64,000 bases of DNA. It comes from the human T2T-CHM13v2.0 reference genome, Homo sapiens. The stretch lies in NCBI RefSeq assembly GCF_009914755.1, contig NC_060929.1. The stretch is one strand, 5' to 3'. Below the pieces are notes generated by a model. That model was not told the DNA's origin, did not search any database, and saw only the letters and a program-made list of their open reading frames with translations. Shown here piece after piece: positions 39,503-54,170 of this stretch. The stretch's first letter is position 1. Every line of letters starts with the position of its first letter. The translations under genes and the position numbers were made by a program.

Positions 39503-41439
39503 CTTCCCTACCCTGTTAATGGTAGGCTCAGCTGTGCGGTTTGCTTTGGACAAAGGGATGTGAACATACATGAAGTAGGCTTTGTTCAAGCAGAAGCTTT
39601 AAGAGCCATTGCACAGCTCAGCAAGCCTCCATCAGAGCTGCACTTTCTACCTGGGCCCACAATGAAGATTCTCAGTCATCAATGGAGACAGGCAGCTGAC
39701 CCATGTCCACAGCTAACTCTAGCAAGAAATAGACCTTTGTTACTATTGACCACTGAGATTGGGGATCATTTGTTATCACTGCAAAGCTAATACATAGTCC
39801 ATTCTTGACCTTCAAACATAAGGAAATCAAAGCCCTAAAACTTTAGATGATTAGCTTGTTAGCATAGTTATCAGTAGTTATCAGTAGATTTCATAGCTCT
39901 CAGTAGAACTTGAATTCAGGTCTCCTAATATTCAGGTCATCCACTTACCTTGCAATGAATGAACATGAAAATGTTATCAAAGAATAAAGGATAAAGCTCT
40001 TAAAGATAATGAGGAAGCCATTTTAATGATGTTACTATGGTCACCCTACTGATATTAATAGGAGACCTGTAAGATAAGAACTAAGACATATTATATGAGA
40101 ATTCAGACATTCAGGTGTACCAGCCACATCTTAAAAATGGCAAAGTTCATTCGGAAGTTTTTAGTTCAATTGCCATCACAGTCCATGTACCCACCATGGA
40201 CTTATCACTCTCAAAGATACTGGGTGCTCAGGTGGAAATAAGACCCAGCCTCTCTCCCTAGAAACCTGTAGCCTAGTCTGTCATTTTTACCGTGTGACCT
40301 GTGGAAGACCTATCCCAGAAAGTGCTGATTGTAAACACGTGGGTGCACTGTATATTATTTTCTCCTTTCTCAAGAATTCATGATGAAGTTAGTTTAATAA
40401 AGCTCTAAGAAGTCCTATGGTAGAAAAACCTGCTCAACTTTATTTAAGCCAGTAAGTATCTCACCAACTTATTTGACTGTGGAATCCCCATTTTGAATAA
40501 CACCTTACATCCTGCAGAACTTGTGTTCCAAGTACAGCCTTATGGAAACAATACCCCAACTCTGCTCCCAGTGATACTTACCCCTTCACCCCAATCAGGC
40601 CAGTCATAAGAAGGATGCCACCAAGACACTGTCTTTCAAAATTGGTTAGACCTTGATTTCCCCTTTCTCTGGTCCCCTTCTTTCATTTTCACCAGTAAAA
40701 TTACTTCATCTGGGCTTATGGGATACTGGAGGGGAATAGCTTGATGTAGATCCAGCACTAGTTCTGGGTAAGTTAATCTCTTGTTTCCCAGGAAGGAGCT
40801 TCCTGGAGCAGGCCAGGAGATGGGCCTATTTTGGTCCAGGCAGGTGGTAAATCACAGTGTGGAGACAGCTGCCCACTCCTCCTGCTGTCAGGCTGCCCTG
40901 GGAGATGTTCTCACTCTCCGCAGTCCTGCTGTTGCTCTTCTAGAATGTCACCCTAACCCTGCAGTGTTAAAACAGAGCTGGGGTAGGCAACTTGCCTGCA
41001 TAATGTATGCAACCTCCCTTATTCACAACTTCTTCCTGTCCAGAGTCACAAGAATCCAAAGGTTGAAAGAATTCATGTTTAAAGCTTCTCTGGTCCAATA
41101 CCCTCATTTTGCAGATGAGAAAACTGAGGCACTGAGAGGCTAAATGACATGCCCTAAGTCAGTAAAGAGTGACAATAGCCCAAGCTCTTGGGACCCCAAA
41201 TTTAAGATGTTTTCCATTCTACAATGAATTGCCAGTGATAGCAAAGGGCTGGAAAGAAGCTATGCATGCACAAGCTGCTATGACATGAATGTACATGCAT
41301 AAATGTGCACATGCTTTGAAAAAATACAAATGACATCATCCTTATGGTTCTGCATCTTGTTTTTGTTTTGTTTTTCACTTAATAATGTTTGAACATCTTC
41401 CCCATGGTTACAGATAAATCTATATCCTTGCAAAATTTT

Positions 41440-42165
41440 GGTCTCTCTATTTTGGCTCTTGTCTTCCCATCATCCATGCTGAGCACAGCAGTCAGAATAA
41501 TCTTTTTAAAATGTAAATCAGATTCTATTACCTCCAGGCTTAAAAACCTTCAATGACTTCCCATTACTCCTATGATAAAGGCCAAACCACCCAACCCGAT
41601 GTCTCAGGCCTTAGGTGACCTTACTTTTCACTGCCCCCTCCCTGGCCTCACCTCTGTACAGAAACACCAGGGTTTCTTTCATTTCTTTAAAGGAACCTGG
41701 CTTCTTCCTCCACCTCAAGGCCTCCTGGAATGTTCTTCCCTCTCATTAGAATACCCTTCTTGCATGCATGACATACATATACATGTGTGCACATATATAC
41801 CTGTGTGCATGCTCACATTTACACATGCACCCACACACACGTATGGGTCTTCAAACTTCAGCTCAAACAGAACTTACTGCTTCTCCTGACCCCCTCCACT
41901 TCCCACCCAACTCCAGACTTCACCAGATCTGACATTACTCACTCTTGTAGCAGCAGCTAATTTTTCTTTAAGGCTTTATCCCAGTGTATGCACATATATA
42001 TACACATTTGTAGAATTATTTGATGAACACATCTTCCCTGTGAAACTATGAGATCTCTAGGGAATGGCAGGTGGCTTGATGCATCATTGTATCCTCCACA
42101 CTTAACCCAGTACCTAACAAATAGTAAATCCTCAATTAATATTTATAAAATGAATGAACAAATGG
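41440..42165 (+). mobile_element. L2 3' region
   Basis: 'cagcagtcagaataatctttttaaaatgtaaatcagat' ... 'ctcaattaatatttataaaatgaatgaa'. Confidence 0.75.
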
Positions 42166-44359
42166 AAGTGCCAAAGCAATGAGTGCAAGTGGTATAGGAA
42201 ATATTGTCACAGGAAAAGAACCCCCTTTCCCTGAATTAGTCTGCACCCTGGAATCAAGTGGGCAAGTACAAATTGCAGGCCTCAAACTCAAGTTTGAGAA
42301 GAATATCACATTCTTTATTATTTAAAATCAATTTGTTCCCGAAGAATGGAGATGGAGGGGTAAAGTCCTTATTGGAACACCCCATTCCCTCCCTCTCCCA
42401 GCTGCAAATAAGAACACAGTATAATTGTGTGATGGTCTGGAGACAAGACAAGGATCTGTAACCTCCAGCATATCATGAAACCCCTGACTCTTCTAGGTCC
42501 ACATCTATGGTGACCCCTTGCATGGAAGGCCTACTCTTTTTTGATGCCCTGCATGGGACACAGAACTCCACTGAGACCCAGTTCCCCAGCCTCAGGGTCC
42601 CCCAGGGAGCACGAGCTGCCATCCCCATTGGGTCTCTTTATCCCTTTAGGCAGCTGCCACAGAAGGCTCACAGCTACCCACGGCCAGAGAGATGTCCACA
42701 GAGAGCAGAAAGTGCCACTCTTTGAGAATGTGCCTAGGAGATTCATCTCCTGGTCTCTACCCCAGGCTGCCCCTGCCCCAGACCTCTCTTCCCTTCCCAT
42801 TCCAGAGAATTGCTCCTTGCCTCCCCTTTCCCCTCCACCAAGGACACCTAAGAGCATCTCTTCACAAGATCCAGATGAACCATGGGCTGCAGGCTGTTTC
42901 TGCTGACAAGAGTCCCTGAAGCAAGAAGCCCAAGCTACCTCATTAACATGGGGAGGAGGAAGGCAATGGAGGGAGCTCAAAAACACATTAATATTCCAAT
43001 AAATCACAAACTATTGCTTCACATGTCATTCTGAAGCCTTTCACACCTCCAATTCCTGCCTGAGCCTGAGCCAACTGCCATGTGCAAAAAGGTTCCAAGG
43101 AGAATGGGAGGGAGTGAGGACCAGAGGAAAGGCAGGAACTTGAAGAGGGATTTAGGAGGACTAAAAAGATTCAGAGGCAGGATGGGAGCCATCTATTAGG
43201 ACATGTCCCCAAAGCCTTCACTAGGAGACCCTTCTCCCTCCTCATGGTCACTGCTGCCCCCTGCCCCGCCTCTACTGCTTTTAAGGCACTCTTCTGAGAC
43301 CTTGATGGTAGAACTGTTTATACTTACCTCCATGGGAATTCAATTGGATTTCATCTAAGGGGTGATGAGAATGGCAGGCCTCAAGAGCAGGACTCTTGCA
43401 AAGGGCGAGTGGTGAGCGGTGGGTGAAACTAACACTCCCAGTATTAGACTGCTAGGGAGAAGGGGGCACAGGCCCATTCGTCCCCAACTAATCAACCAGA
43501 ATGATCTTCCCACCCCATGGGACACAGATGAGTGTCCCTGCCCACCCAAATCACATAAATGCATAAGCTGTAGCCTCAGCCCTTGGAAGCCAAGCCAAGG
43601 GGCAGACTGTGAGCCCAGAGCCTGAAAATAGAGTTAATCCTACACTCTCGAGTCTGGACCTCCCCATCCACAAAGCTTTCACCTGAGCCCAGCTGATATC
43701 TCCAGCAGCTCCCAGCCCTCCCAGGAAGACCTTCCCAGCTCCCACTCTGGCGCCAGCCCTTGGGTGAACCGCAGGTGGCTGGGATGACTTATTTTCTTAG
43801 CTGATCGGTAGCAGCAGCCCAGCTGGCTCATACCTCAAAGGCAGGAATTCCTCCTCTAGCTCATCAGCACTAATTTGTGCCAAGGAGCCAGGGAGGGGAC
43901 AGACTCTGACCTCCCACAGGCCCCTGCCTGGCACCTGGTCCAAGGCTCAGGCTGTAGTCAATGGAGCCACTGATTACACATGACCTCACGAGCTCAGTCT
44001 GCGGTATTATCGGAGTCGGGTATCTCCTTACCACAGGCCCTGCTTGGCCAAAAGTCTCTACCTGGATCCTGGTGGTGATAAACAAGGTAATTGTGAGGGT
44101 CTCACCTCACCTTGTTTTAGACAGAGATGAGAAACCCAGAGGACTAAATACCAATGGCTGTGTCGGCCCTCGATGAATGCACTGAGGGGGAACACGTGGC
44201 TTTGTATCAATAAATATCAACTGTATGGCATTCTGGAACCATTGAGGTTCTGTGGGGGATACAGACATAGTTTTGGATACTCTCCACATGTAACTACAGC
44301 CTAGGTGAAGAGACCAAACTAATGCAATGAACCGTCTTCATCCGATAAGCATTTACTGA

Positions 44360-44495
44360 GGCCAGGCATGGTGGCTCACACCTGTAATCCCAACATTGGG
44401 AGGCCGAGGTGGAAAGATTGCTTGACCCCAGGAGTTTGAGACAAGCCTGGGCAACATAGTAATACCCCAACTCTCTATATTTTTTAAAAAGAAAA
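44360..44495 (+). mobile_element. FLAM-type Alu monomer
   Basis: Single left monomer; TSD-like catttactgag on both sides. Confidence 0.88.
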
Positions 44496-44799
44496 CATTT
44501 ACTGAGCACCTACTCTGTGCTAGTCACTGTGATGGAACAACAGCTGTGTTGTCCAAGAAGCCCCTGCCTTCCTGGAGGTTATATTCTCATGAGTGCAACA
44601 AGAAATTAACAAGTAATTCATGATAAAGTATAATGGATATTAGTGCATGTTGAGGAATGCAAAAAGAGGGGAGCTTCAATCAGAACATGCTATTGAAAAA
44701 AAAAAGGCTTTTTGGGGAAGGCAGAAGGAAGGGGAAGGAAGACACCCATGTTTCACAGGCTTGGAGGGCAGACCATGCATAGACACACCATCTCAGAAG

Positions 44800-45040
44800 C
44801 TAGTGCAGAAATTGAGATGTGAACAGCTCCTCATGTTCAAACCCCAGCTCCACTACTTGCTATTGATCTTGGACAACTTTCTCACTTAGTGCCTCAGTTG
44901 TACCATCTATAATAAGATGGTGATAATAATAGTGCCTATCTTATAAGGTGGCTGGGAGGATGAAATGAGTTAATTAACACAAGGAAGGCTCTTACTTAGC
45001 AGAATAAGTCTTCAATATGCAACCACTGATATTGTTGTTA
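44800..45040 (+). mobile_element. MIR
   Basis: 'gttcaaaccccagctccactactt...gtgcctcagttgtaccatctataa'. Confidence 0.75.
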
Positions 45041-45574
45041 TTATGACCAGAGCTTAGCTGAAGGTAGAACAAGGGAAATCATAACAAAAGCCTGAATCCA
45101 AGTCATCCTGATGGAACAAAGTCATGGGACTTGGTGACAGGCTATGTCCTGGTAACTGAGAAGGAAGAAGAACCAGCATGGATTCTCTCATTGTTGATGA
45201 ACAGAATGGAAACTGCAATAAGCCCTGAATTAAGACACCGAAAGACCTGTCTTGCTTTCTGGCTCTGACATTTGGTAGCAGGGTAACATTGGAAAATCAC
45301 TTGAGACTCTTTGCCTCAGTTTTCACATCTATAAAATGGAGAAAACATTGGCTGCTCTGCCAACCATACAGGGTCATACCTCAAAGCAAGCAAAAAAGTG
45401 AGTGTGATGGCCTTTTAGTCACATTGCGAAGTGCTACTACCATCATGGGAATTATTATTATCCTAAAGGTTGTAGCTTGGGAAAACAAAAGTACATGCTT
45501 CATACTGAATCTCCAATGATGATAAAGAAATTCTAGGCCTCTTTTCTTCTTTTATTTGCTTTTTAAATTTCTGA

Positions 45575-45750
45575 GGCTGTGCTTCTTAAACTCCTGTGCG
45601 TACAAAATACCTGGGGATCTTGGTAAAATGCAATCTGATTCAGGAGGTCTGGAGAGAGGCCTGGGTCTCTGAATGTCAAACAAACTCACAGGTGAGCAGT
45701 TCACTGCTGCTGCTGGTCCACGGACCACACTTTGAGTAGCAAGGTTCTCT
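45575..45750. mobile_element. MER5A-like hAT MITE
   Basis: 'cctggggatcttggtaaaatgcaatctgattcaggaggtctgg...ggaccacactttgagtagca'. Confidence 0.8.
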
Positions 45751-45879
45751 AGCAGACCATATAGAAAAAGTGGTCATATTCCTCAGGGTGAGCTGACAGA
45801 GTAGACAAAGGGGAGAGGTGTTCAGGATCCACAGCTGTAGGGGCCCAACAAGCTGCCCCCCACCTGCCTTTATTGACAA

Positions 45880-46540
45880 TCATTCTGTGTGCTTGCTAAA
45901 GATGCTTGGCAAATATTTGCTAATATAATCCCTGCAATATCCCTATGTAACTGATACTATTATTGTCCCTATTTTACAGATTGAAAAAAACTAAGGCCCA
46001 GAGAGGTTAAATTATTTGCCCAAGGTCACACAGCACACAGTCCTTCTACCTCCAACTCCAGAGCTGAGCCCAGAGCAGAAGGTAATAAAACACAGCACAT
46101 TCTGTGATCAGCTCCCACTCCAAACCACAGAGCAGAAAATCAGCTGCTGAACATACACTCCTGAAGGCTGAGTCATTCCATGGCAATGGCCTAAAGAAAC
46201 AGTCCCAGATCTTCCTTGGTTCCTGTCCCACCCAACCTTCCTCTCGCTTCCATTCTGTGAGCTACCTAGAATCTAATAAACCTCTTCTTTTTGCATATCA
46301 CAGGGTTTTAAAGCTTTGGCTCTGGAGCCGGACTGCCTGGCTTCCCATCTTGGCTTCACCACTCACTAGTTACTTAACTGCTCCAAGGTTCAGTTTTCTC
46401 ATCTGTAGTGTAGGGATAAGAATAGTACCGACTCCACAGTGTTGAAGAGAACTAAATGGGATCATGCATGTTGAGCCCTTAGCCCAATGTCCTATACACA
46501 GCACAGGCTCTATAGCTGCTTCTAGTATGATTATTAAGGT
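45880..46540. mobile_element. Two MIR copies (about 45880-46060 minus, about 46290-46540 plus)
   Basis: 'attttacagattgaaaaaaactaaggcccagagaggttaa' and 'cagttttctcatctgtagtgtagggataagaatagtacc'. Confidence 0.7.
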
Positions 46541-48107
46541 AAAAGTAAGAGTAGGTTTGTAGCCGCTGTTATGTTAAATCAGCCCACCACACCCCAGCCA
46601 CCTGACACCCTCCCTGGATGCCTTGAGAGGCCTCCAGGGTTTCAGGGCTTGGGCAAGCGTGAGTGATTCGCACTCTGGCAGGAAGTTCCAGGCTATTGCA
46701 CCTGCCAGCAGTGCTCGACTCTCCTTCTCGTAGAGAATGGGGAATGTGTCACATTTATGGGGGCCCTTTATTGCACATCAGGGAAGCGCTTTGCACAAAT
46801 GTTTGGATCAAGTTTTCATGACTCTGGCCCCAGGCCTGCTATGAATCAGTCTTGCAGTCCCAGCTTACTCACTCCAGAGATGGTCCTGAGGCTGTGGTTT
46901 CCATCTCTGCCTGCCTCCCACCTCTCCTTCTTCCACTCCTACCTGCTGTCACCAGCCACCACCTTGAATCCCCCAGGAACCCAGGACGAAAGAGATGTGG
47001 GGTGATGTGAATGACAATTGCCACGCTGGCCCTCCAGGATGTGTTAACTGCTGTTAAAAGATACTCCAAGTCATTATTGTAACATTATGAGGACTGAGCT
47101 GATTGCCGCTAATCTCAGACTCCCCTTGTGTTCCTAATGGAGGGGAGCCGCCTTGTGTGAAAAATCCCATTTTGTGTCACTCTTCTAAAATTTCATTTAA
47201 GAAAAATAGGGGCAAAATGTGATATTCAGCAATGGAAAATGAGTAAGATAAGGATTTAAGTACAGAGCAAGTGAATCACAAAATAGAACTTCGTGCAGTC
47301 AGGTAAGCACTGAAGAGAGCAGACACACAGGAGGAGTGAAGGGGTAGAGGACATCAAATCGCCCTTCTGATCCACTTTCACCACCTCTGATGACATCAGC
47401 AAGAAAGTCTCTTTTTGTGTTAGTGTGTCTTTAACACCCTTGGACACAAGACAATCTCCCTTTGTTAACAAACGGAGAGCAGGCCCACACCAATAGGCAA
47501 ACAGCACAGCTTGCTTGGGTTAAAATCCCCGCTAAGGCACACAGGCACTCTGTGACCTTGGAGACGTTAATAAACCTCTCCACGGCTCAGCGTCTTCCTC
47601 TGTGAAATGGGGTTAATAGTAGTCCTTCTTTCATAGATTTACCGTGGGGATTCAATGAGTAACTTCACAGGAAACAGGTTTGTCACTCTGCTGATGTGAG
47701 CAACCATTACGTGGCAGCTGACAGTATCTGAATTGAATATAATTGCTTTGTTCTCATTGTACTTATTTTTAGGATTATTTTCTAGTTAGGGAACGTGATA
47801 CTGGTTTTTCATTTTTAATAGCAATACAAAGTATATTTGTAAGAGATGTACTTAAAGTCACCCAAAAATAGTATATTAACAATAGAACAGATAATATGAG
47901 GTTGTGGCAAAAATTGTGAAAGTGGTACTTGAATAACTAAATTTTGGGAAGCCTGATCCTGTCTAATTTACTCATTTTACAAATGCAAACCTGAGGCCCA
48001 GAGAGGGAAAGTGAATTCCCAAAGGTCACACAGCAAGCTAGCAGCAAAGTGGTTCTAGAATTCAGAACCCAGCTGAAAGTTTTACCTAACACACTGTATT
48101 CAGGTCA

Positions 48108-50266
<2,159 letters not shown>

Positions 50267-52799
50267 GTACCCCTTGAAGTGAGTGATCACTTCTTTGACG
50301 TCCTGGTACTGGAGCTATTATTATGGAAATCCTCAGCTACAATGAGCCACTTCACTTTTTTTTTTAAAAAAAAAAAAGGAAATAATATCATTTTCAGGGT
50401 TTTCAAAGAATTCAGGCAAGGAGCAAAAACAATTCAGAACTCAGGATACTGTTTTCTTTGAAGCATGTGTAAGATATGCCTTTTGGTTCCTAAGTTTTCT
50501 TCATAAAAGCATATTCAGGCTAAAACAGAAAATACTGTGATGACTTTTTTTCATAAAAGCAGAAAGGGCAGGCAAGAAAGCATTTGTTTCATTGGAGGAC
50601 AAAGTATGAATTTATGTGGTCCAGTGTAACCATAGCATAACAAGATTACATCGCGGGGGTAAAATCAGTCCAGTGGCAATTGGAGAGCAAAAAACAAATT
50701 GCTCTCCAGCCCTGTCTGAGTGGTTCCTGGCTTCAAAACTGAACAATAAATTCCCAACCCTTTCCAGTTCTTTCTTGTTAGTAGGCAGGGCTGGGGGCCT
50801 TTTAATTTCCAACTTTCTTTAAATATTGATTACTTGTAAGTGCACTAGAGACCAGGCTGTGGGCTTAATTCTATTAGTAGGAATGAATAACCACCTCCGT
50901 CCAGCACCTGCTGCAATGAGCAATGTATTAAACTTCTCCACCTCTGAAGAGGTTCTTCTTTCCTTTTAGGAATATCGAATTCGTGTCTTATGACTAGAAT
51001 CTGGGCAAAATGGAAAAATTTGAGGTGAAACCAGGAAAAGAGATCTACCTAGGAGTTATCCAGTGACTGTGAGTGTTCTCCCCTCGATGTATTTCCCACC
51101 CCTTACTCTATATGAGGATCACAAATGTGGAAGTCTTCAGCGGCTAGGCAGGGAATGGAAATGGAGGGAGCTGTCTAGGGAAAGTGGGGACCTGGAGCAT
51201 GCCTACCTCTCTAAAGGGGCGGCAGCCACTCAGCTGCAGTCACCTGTCGCCTTGTGATGTAGGCCCAGTATTGCCAGATATTCTCATCACTAAAGAAATG
51301 CCAGAAACCTAGATTTTTGTAAATTGCTCTGATTTTTAAATGCCAGTGACTGGTTTGCTTTTTTCCAAAATTCAGTGTAGGCTCAACACAACCATCAGAG
51401 TGCGGCTTCAGCCTGCAAGCACCTCTGCTCTGTCCCTTCCCCTAAGCAGTCTTGCTCTCTCTGATCTCCAAATGCCAAGCATGAGCAATGACTCACCAGT
51501 CTCCACTCCAGCCTGACCCCCACCGGAGCACTACATCTGCACTTCTCAGCTAGCACCCACCTCCTGGTTTGTGTGTGTATGTGTGGGCTTTTTGCTTTGT
51601 TTTTTGATTTTTCTTTTTTGCCAACATTTAAGGCATTGATGAAGAAGAAGGAGCCAGTGAAGGAAATAGAGGAAAGGAACCCAGTTGATGGCATCCAACA
51701 TGGCAGAGAGGTCAGGATGGTCCCTTGTTCTTCTTGGTCATGGTGCCTGGTTCACAGAAGGTGCTTAATAAATCTTTGTGAACAAATGACAAAATGAGGG
51801 AATAAAGTGAAAGACAAATGGAGTCACTGTGTAGTCCATAAGGAAAAATGACCAGGATCTGAAGCAGAAACTATTAGCCACTGAAATTGAATCAACAATG
51901 GAGAAACCAGAGCTTATAAAGTCAGAGGTCCAACTAGGAGAGAAAAGAAAGGTAGAGAATTTAAAATCCCACAGCCTGAGTCAAAGTTGGGATGTATCAT
52001 CTGGAGACAGAAAGCCTGAATTTGAATCATTGCTCTGCTAATCAGTAGCCACAAGACTTGGGGCAAGTCATGAATCCCACTGGGTGTTGGTTTCTACATC
52101 TGAAAACAGGGACTGAGATTTTCTAGCTCCTGGAGGTTATTGGGGGAATCAAATGAAACAGTGGAACTTAAAATGCTTTGCAAACTGAAAGACACCCCAG
52201 AATGGGGAGAGGGGAACAGGAGAGTCAAGTCACGTAGAAGGCGGTGAGTCAGAAGGACGGTGCAGAGCCAACATGTCTCTTGGGCTGTCTGCATCATTTA
52301 ACTTGTCAAGATGGCTGTTGGCTTTGCCCTTGGCTTGGGTCACCCTGATTAACAGGTGCCTGGCCAGCTGGAAGTTTGACTCTGACTAAGCTGACTGGAC
52401 GACTGAGTTGGGAGGAGCTCCTTAACTTGGCCAGTGATGGAAGACAGCTAAGACAGCAGCCAAAAGAAAAAGCAACCTTCCCCATCCAGCCCAAGGATGA
52501 CTGGATTATCTGTGAAACTCATCCGACAATCTGTCTCCAAGGGTACACATGAAACAATCCTTCCAGGGCCTCATTGTTAGTGGAGAGGGTGCACCAACAA
52601 ACAAGCTCATTCAGGGTGTGAATTATTTGTGTTCATAGGATGCAAGTTTACACAGCTCCATTAACAAAAATTACATCTGGCAATCACTTCTAAACAAATG
52701 CAGTGACTGTGGTTTTAAGTAGTGAGCTAGACAATAAAATGGAGCAGCTTCCTCAAGCCTGCTAAGTAATTCTCTCCTTGACCTCAGCAGCTGGAAGCT

Positions 52800-53000
52800 C
52801 GATAAATGGTTAAGAATGTGGGCTCTGGAGACAGATAAACCTGGTTCAAATCCTAGCTCTGTCACCTTGGGCCACTTAACCTCTCTGAGTCTCAGTTTCC
52901 TCAACTCTAAAATGGGAATAATAATAGTAGCTACTTTCAAGAAAAGTTGTTAGGATTAAATGAGATGACCTTTTCAAGAAGCTAAGCACAGTGCTTCTCT
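52800..53000 (+). mobile_element. MIR
   Basis: 'cctggttcaaatcctagctctgtcaccttgggccacttaacctctctgagtctcagtttcctc'. Confidence 0.85.
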
Positions 53001-53929
53001 CAAAGAAAGCAGTCCAAAAATGATAGATAACACATTTGCTCCTATGGTCACTCCAGAATTTCACTGTAGATCTAGTCTCTTACTTGCTGGGATTTGGAGG
53101 ATTCTAGACTGTCAAAGATGTGAACACCATTGAATTAAGACTATTTAGTACAAAGAGTTTATTTTCTTGGGGCCTGAGGGCATCTTGAAGGCCCATAAGA
53201 AACTTTTTGGGAAGACATAGAGGACCCCAAATTTAAAAAGTTCTAGGCAACCTGTGAGCTCTTCAACTAGAAAGGCTCCACTCTGACCTGTTTTTTTTAT
53301 ACAGGAGCTGTATGTACCATTTTGTTTGATGAACTGTTTTTTACTAGTACAAATAAGTCAACCTCTTCATTGTACAAAGAGAGAAGCTGAGGCCCAGAGA
53401 GAAGCTGAGGCCCAGAGAGAAGTGACTTGACCAAAAACACATTGTGAATACGTACCAGACACAGGACTGGGTTTTATGTCTCCAAATGTTTGTTAAGCAT
53501 AAAAAAATTAGTTTAATTTATTAACTATTAGATAATTAATATTCTCAATACAACCATTCTATCTTTAATTAGATCAATGTTACACTCCTTCCAACATGCT
53601 TCTTCTCCTTTGAGACATAGACTAAAAAGATCTATCTTACATCCAGACACATGGAGAGCCTCACTTAGGCACACATATACCTTGTACCTAGGAGCTGCTG
53701 TACAACCCAAGAACTTTCACATTCTGTTATTTTGCTTTTGCTTTTATTGTCAAAATGGTTCATAGAAGAGCAAACCAAGACAAATTCAAAGAGATCGGGA
53801 CAAAATAAAGAAGGAGGGAGAAAAGAGAATCCATGAAATCCCAAATTAGGTGAGTTCTGTATATGTACAATGTCTAGTTCCTAGGAAAACCATTAAATTA
53901 TCATCCTCACATCCTCACATGCAACCTCA

Positions 53930-54170
53930 GAGCTGGCAGCTATTGAGTGTTTATCTGAACCAGGTTCTGTGCTTAACATATCACACCTGTTTGTTTTTTC
54001 ATCTAGATCTCTCAAGAACTCTATAAGGCAGGTATTACTATTCCCATTTTACAGATGAGGAAAGAAGAATAGAATTAAGTAAGTAGCACAAGATCACAAG
54101 GCAGGGACAGAGCCAAAATTTGAATTCAAATCAGCATAACTCCAGAGCTCTTGCCTTTAACCATGGATTC
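53930..54170 (-). mobile_element. MIR
   Basis: 'ggtattactattcccattttacagatgaggaaa'. Confidence 0.8.

Noticed and set aside
43870-44176. CpG-retaining stretch with overlapping ORFs as a coding exon
   Set aside because: No recognisable protein similarity in the frames examined, and too short and sparse for a CpG island.
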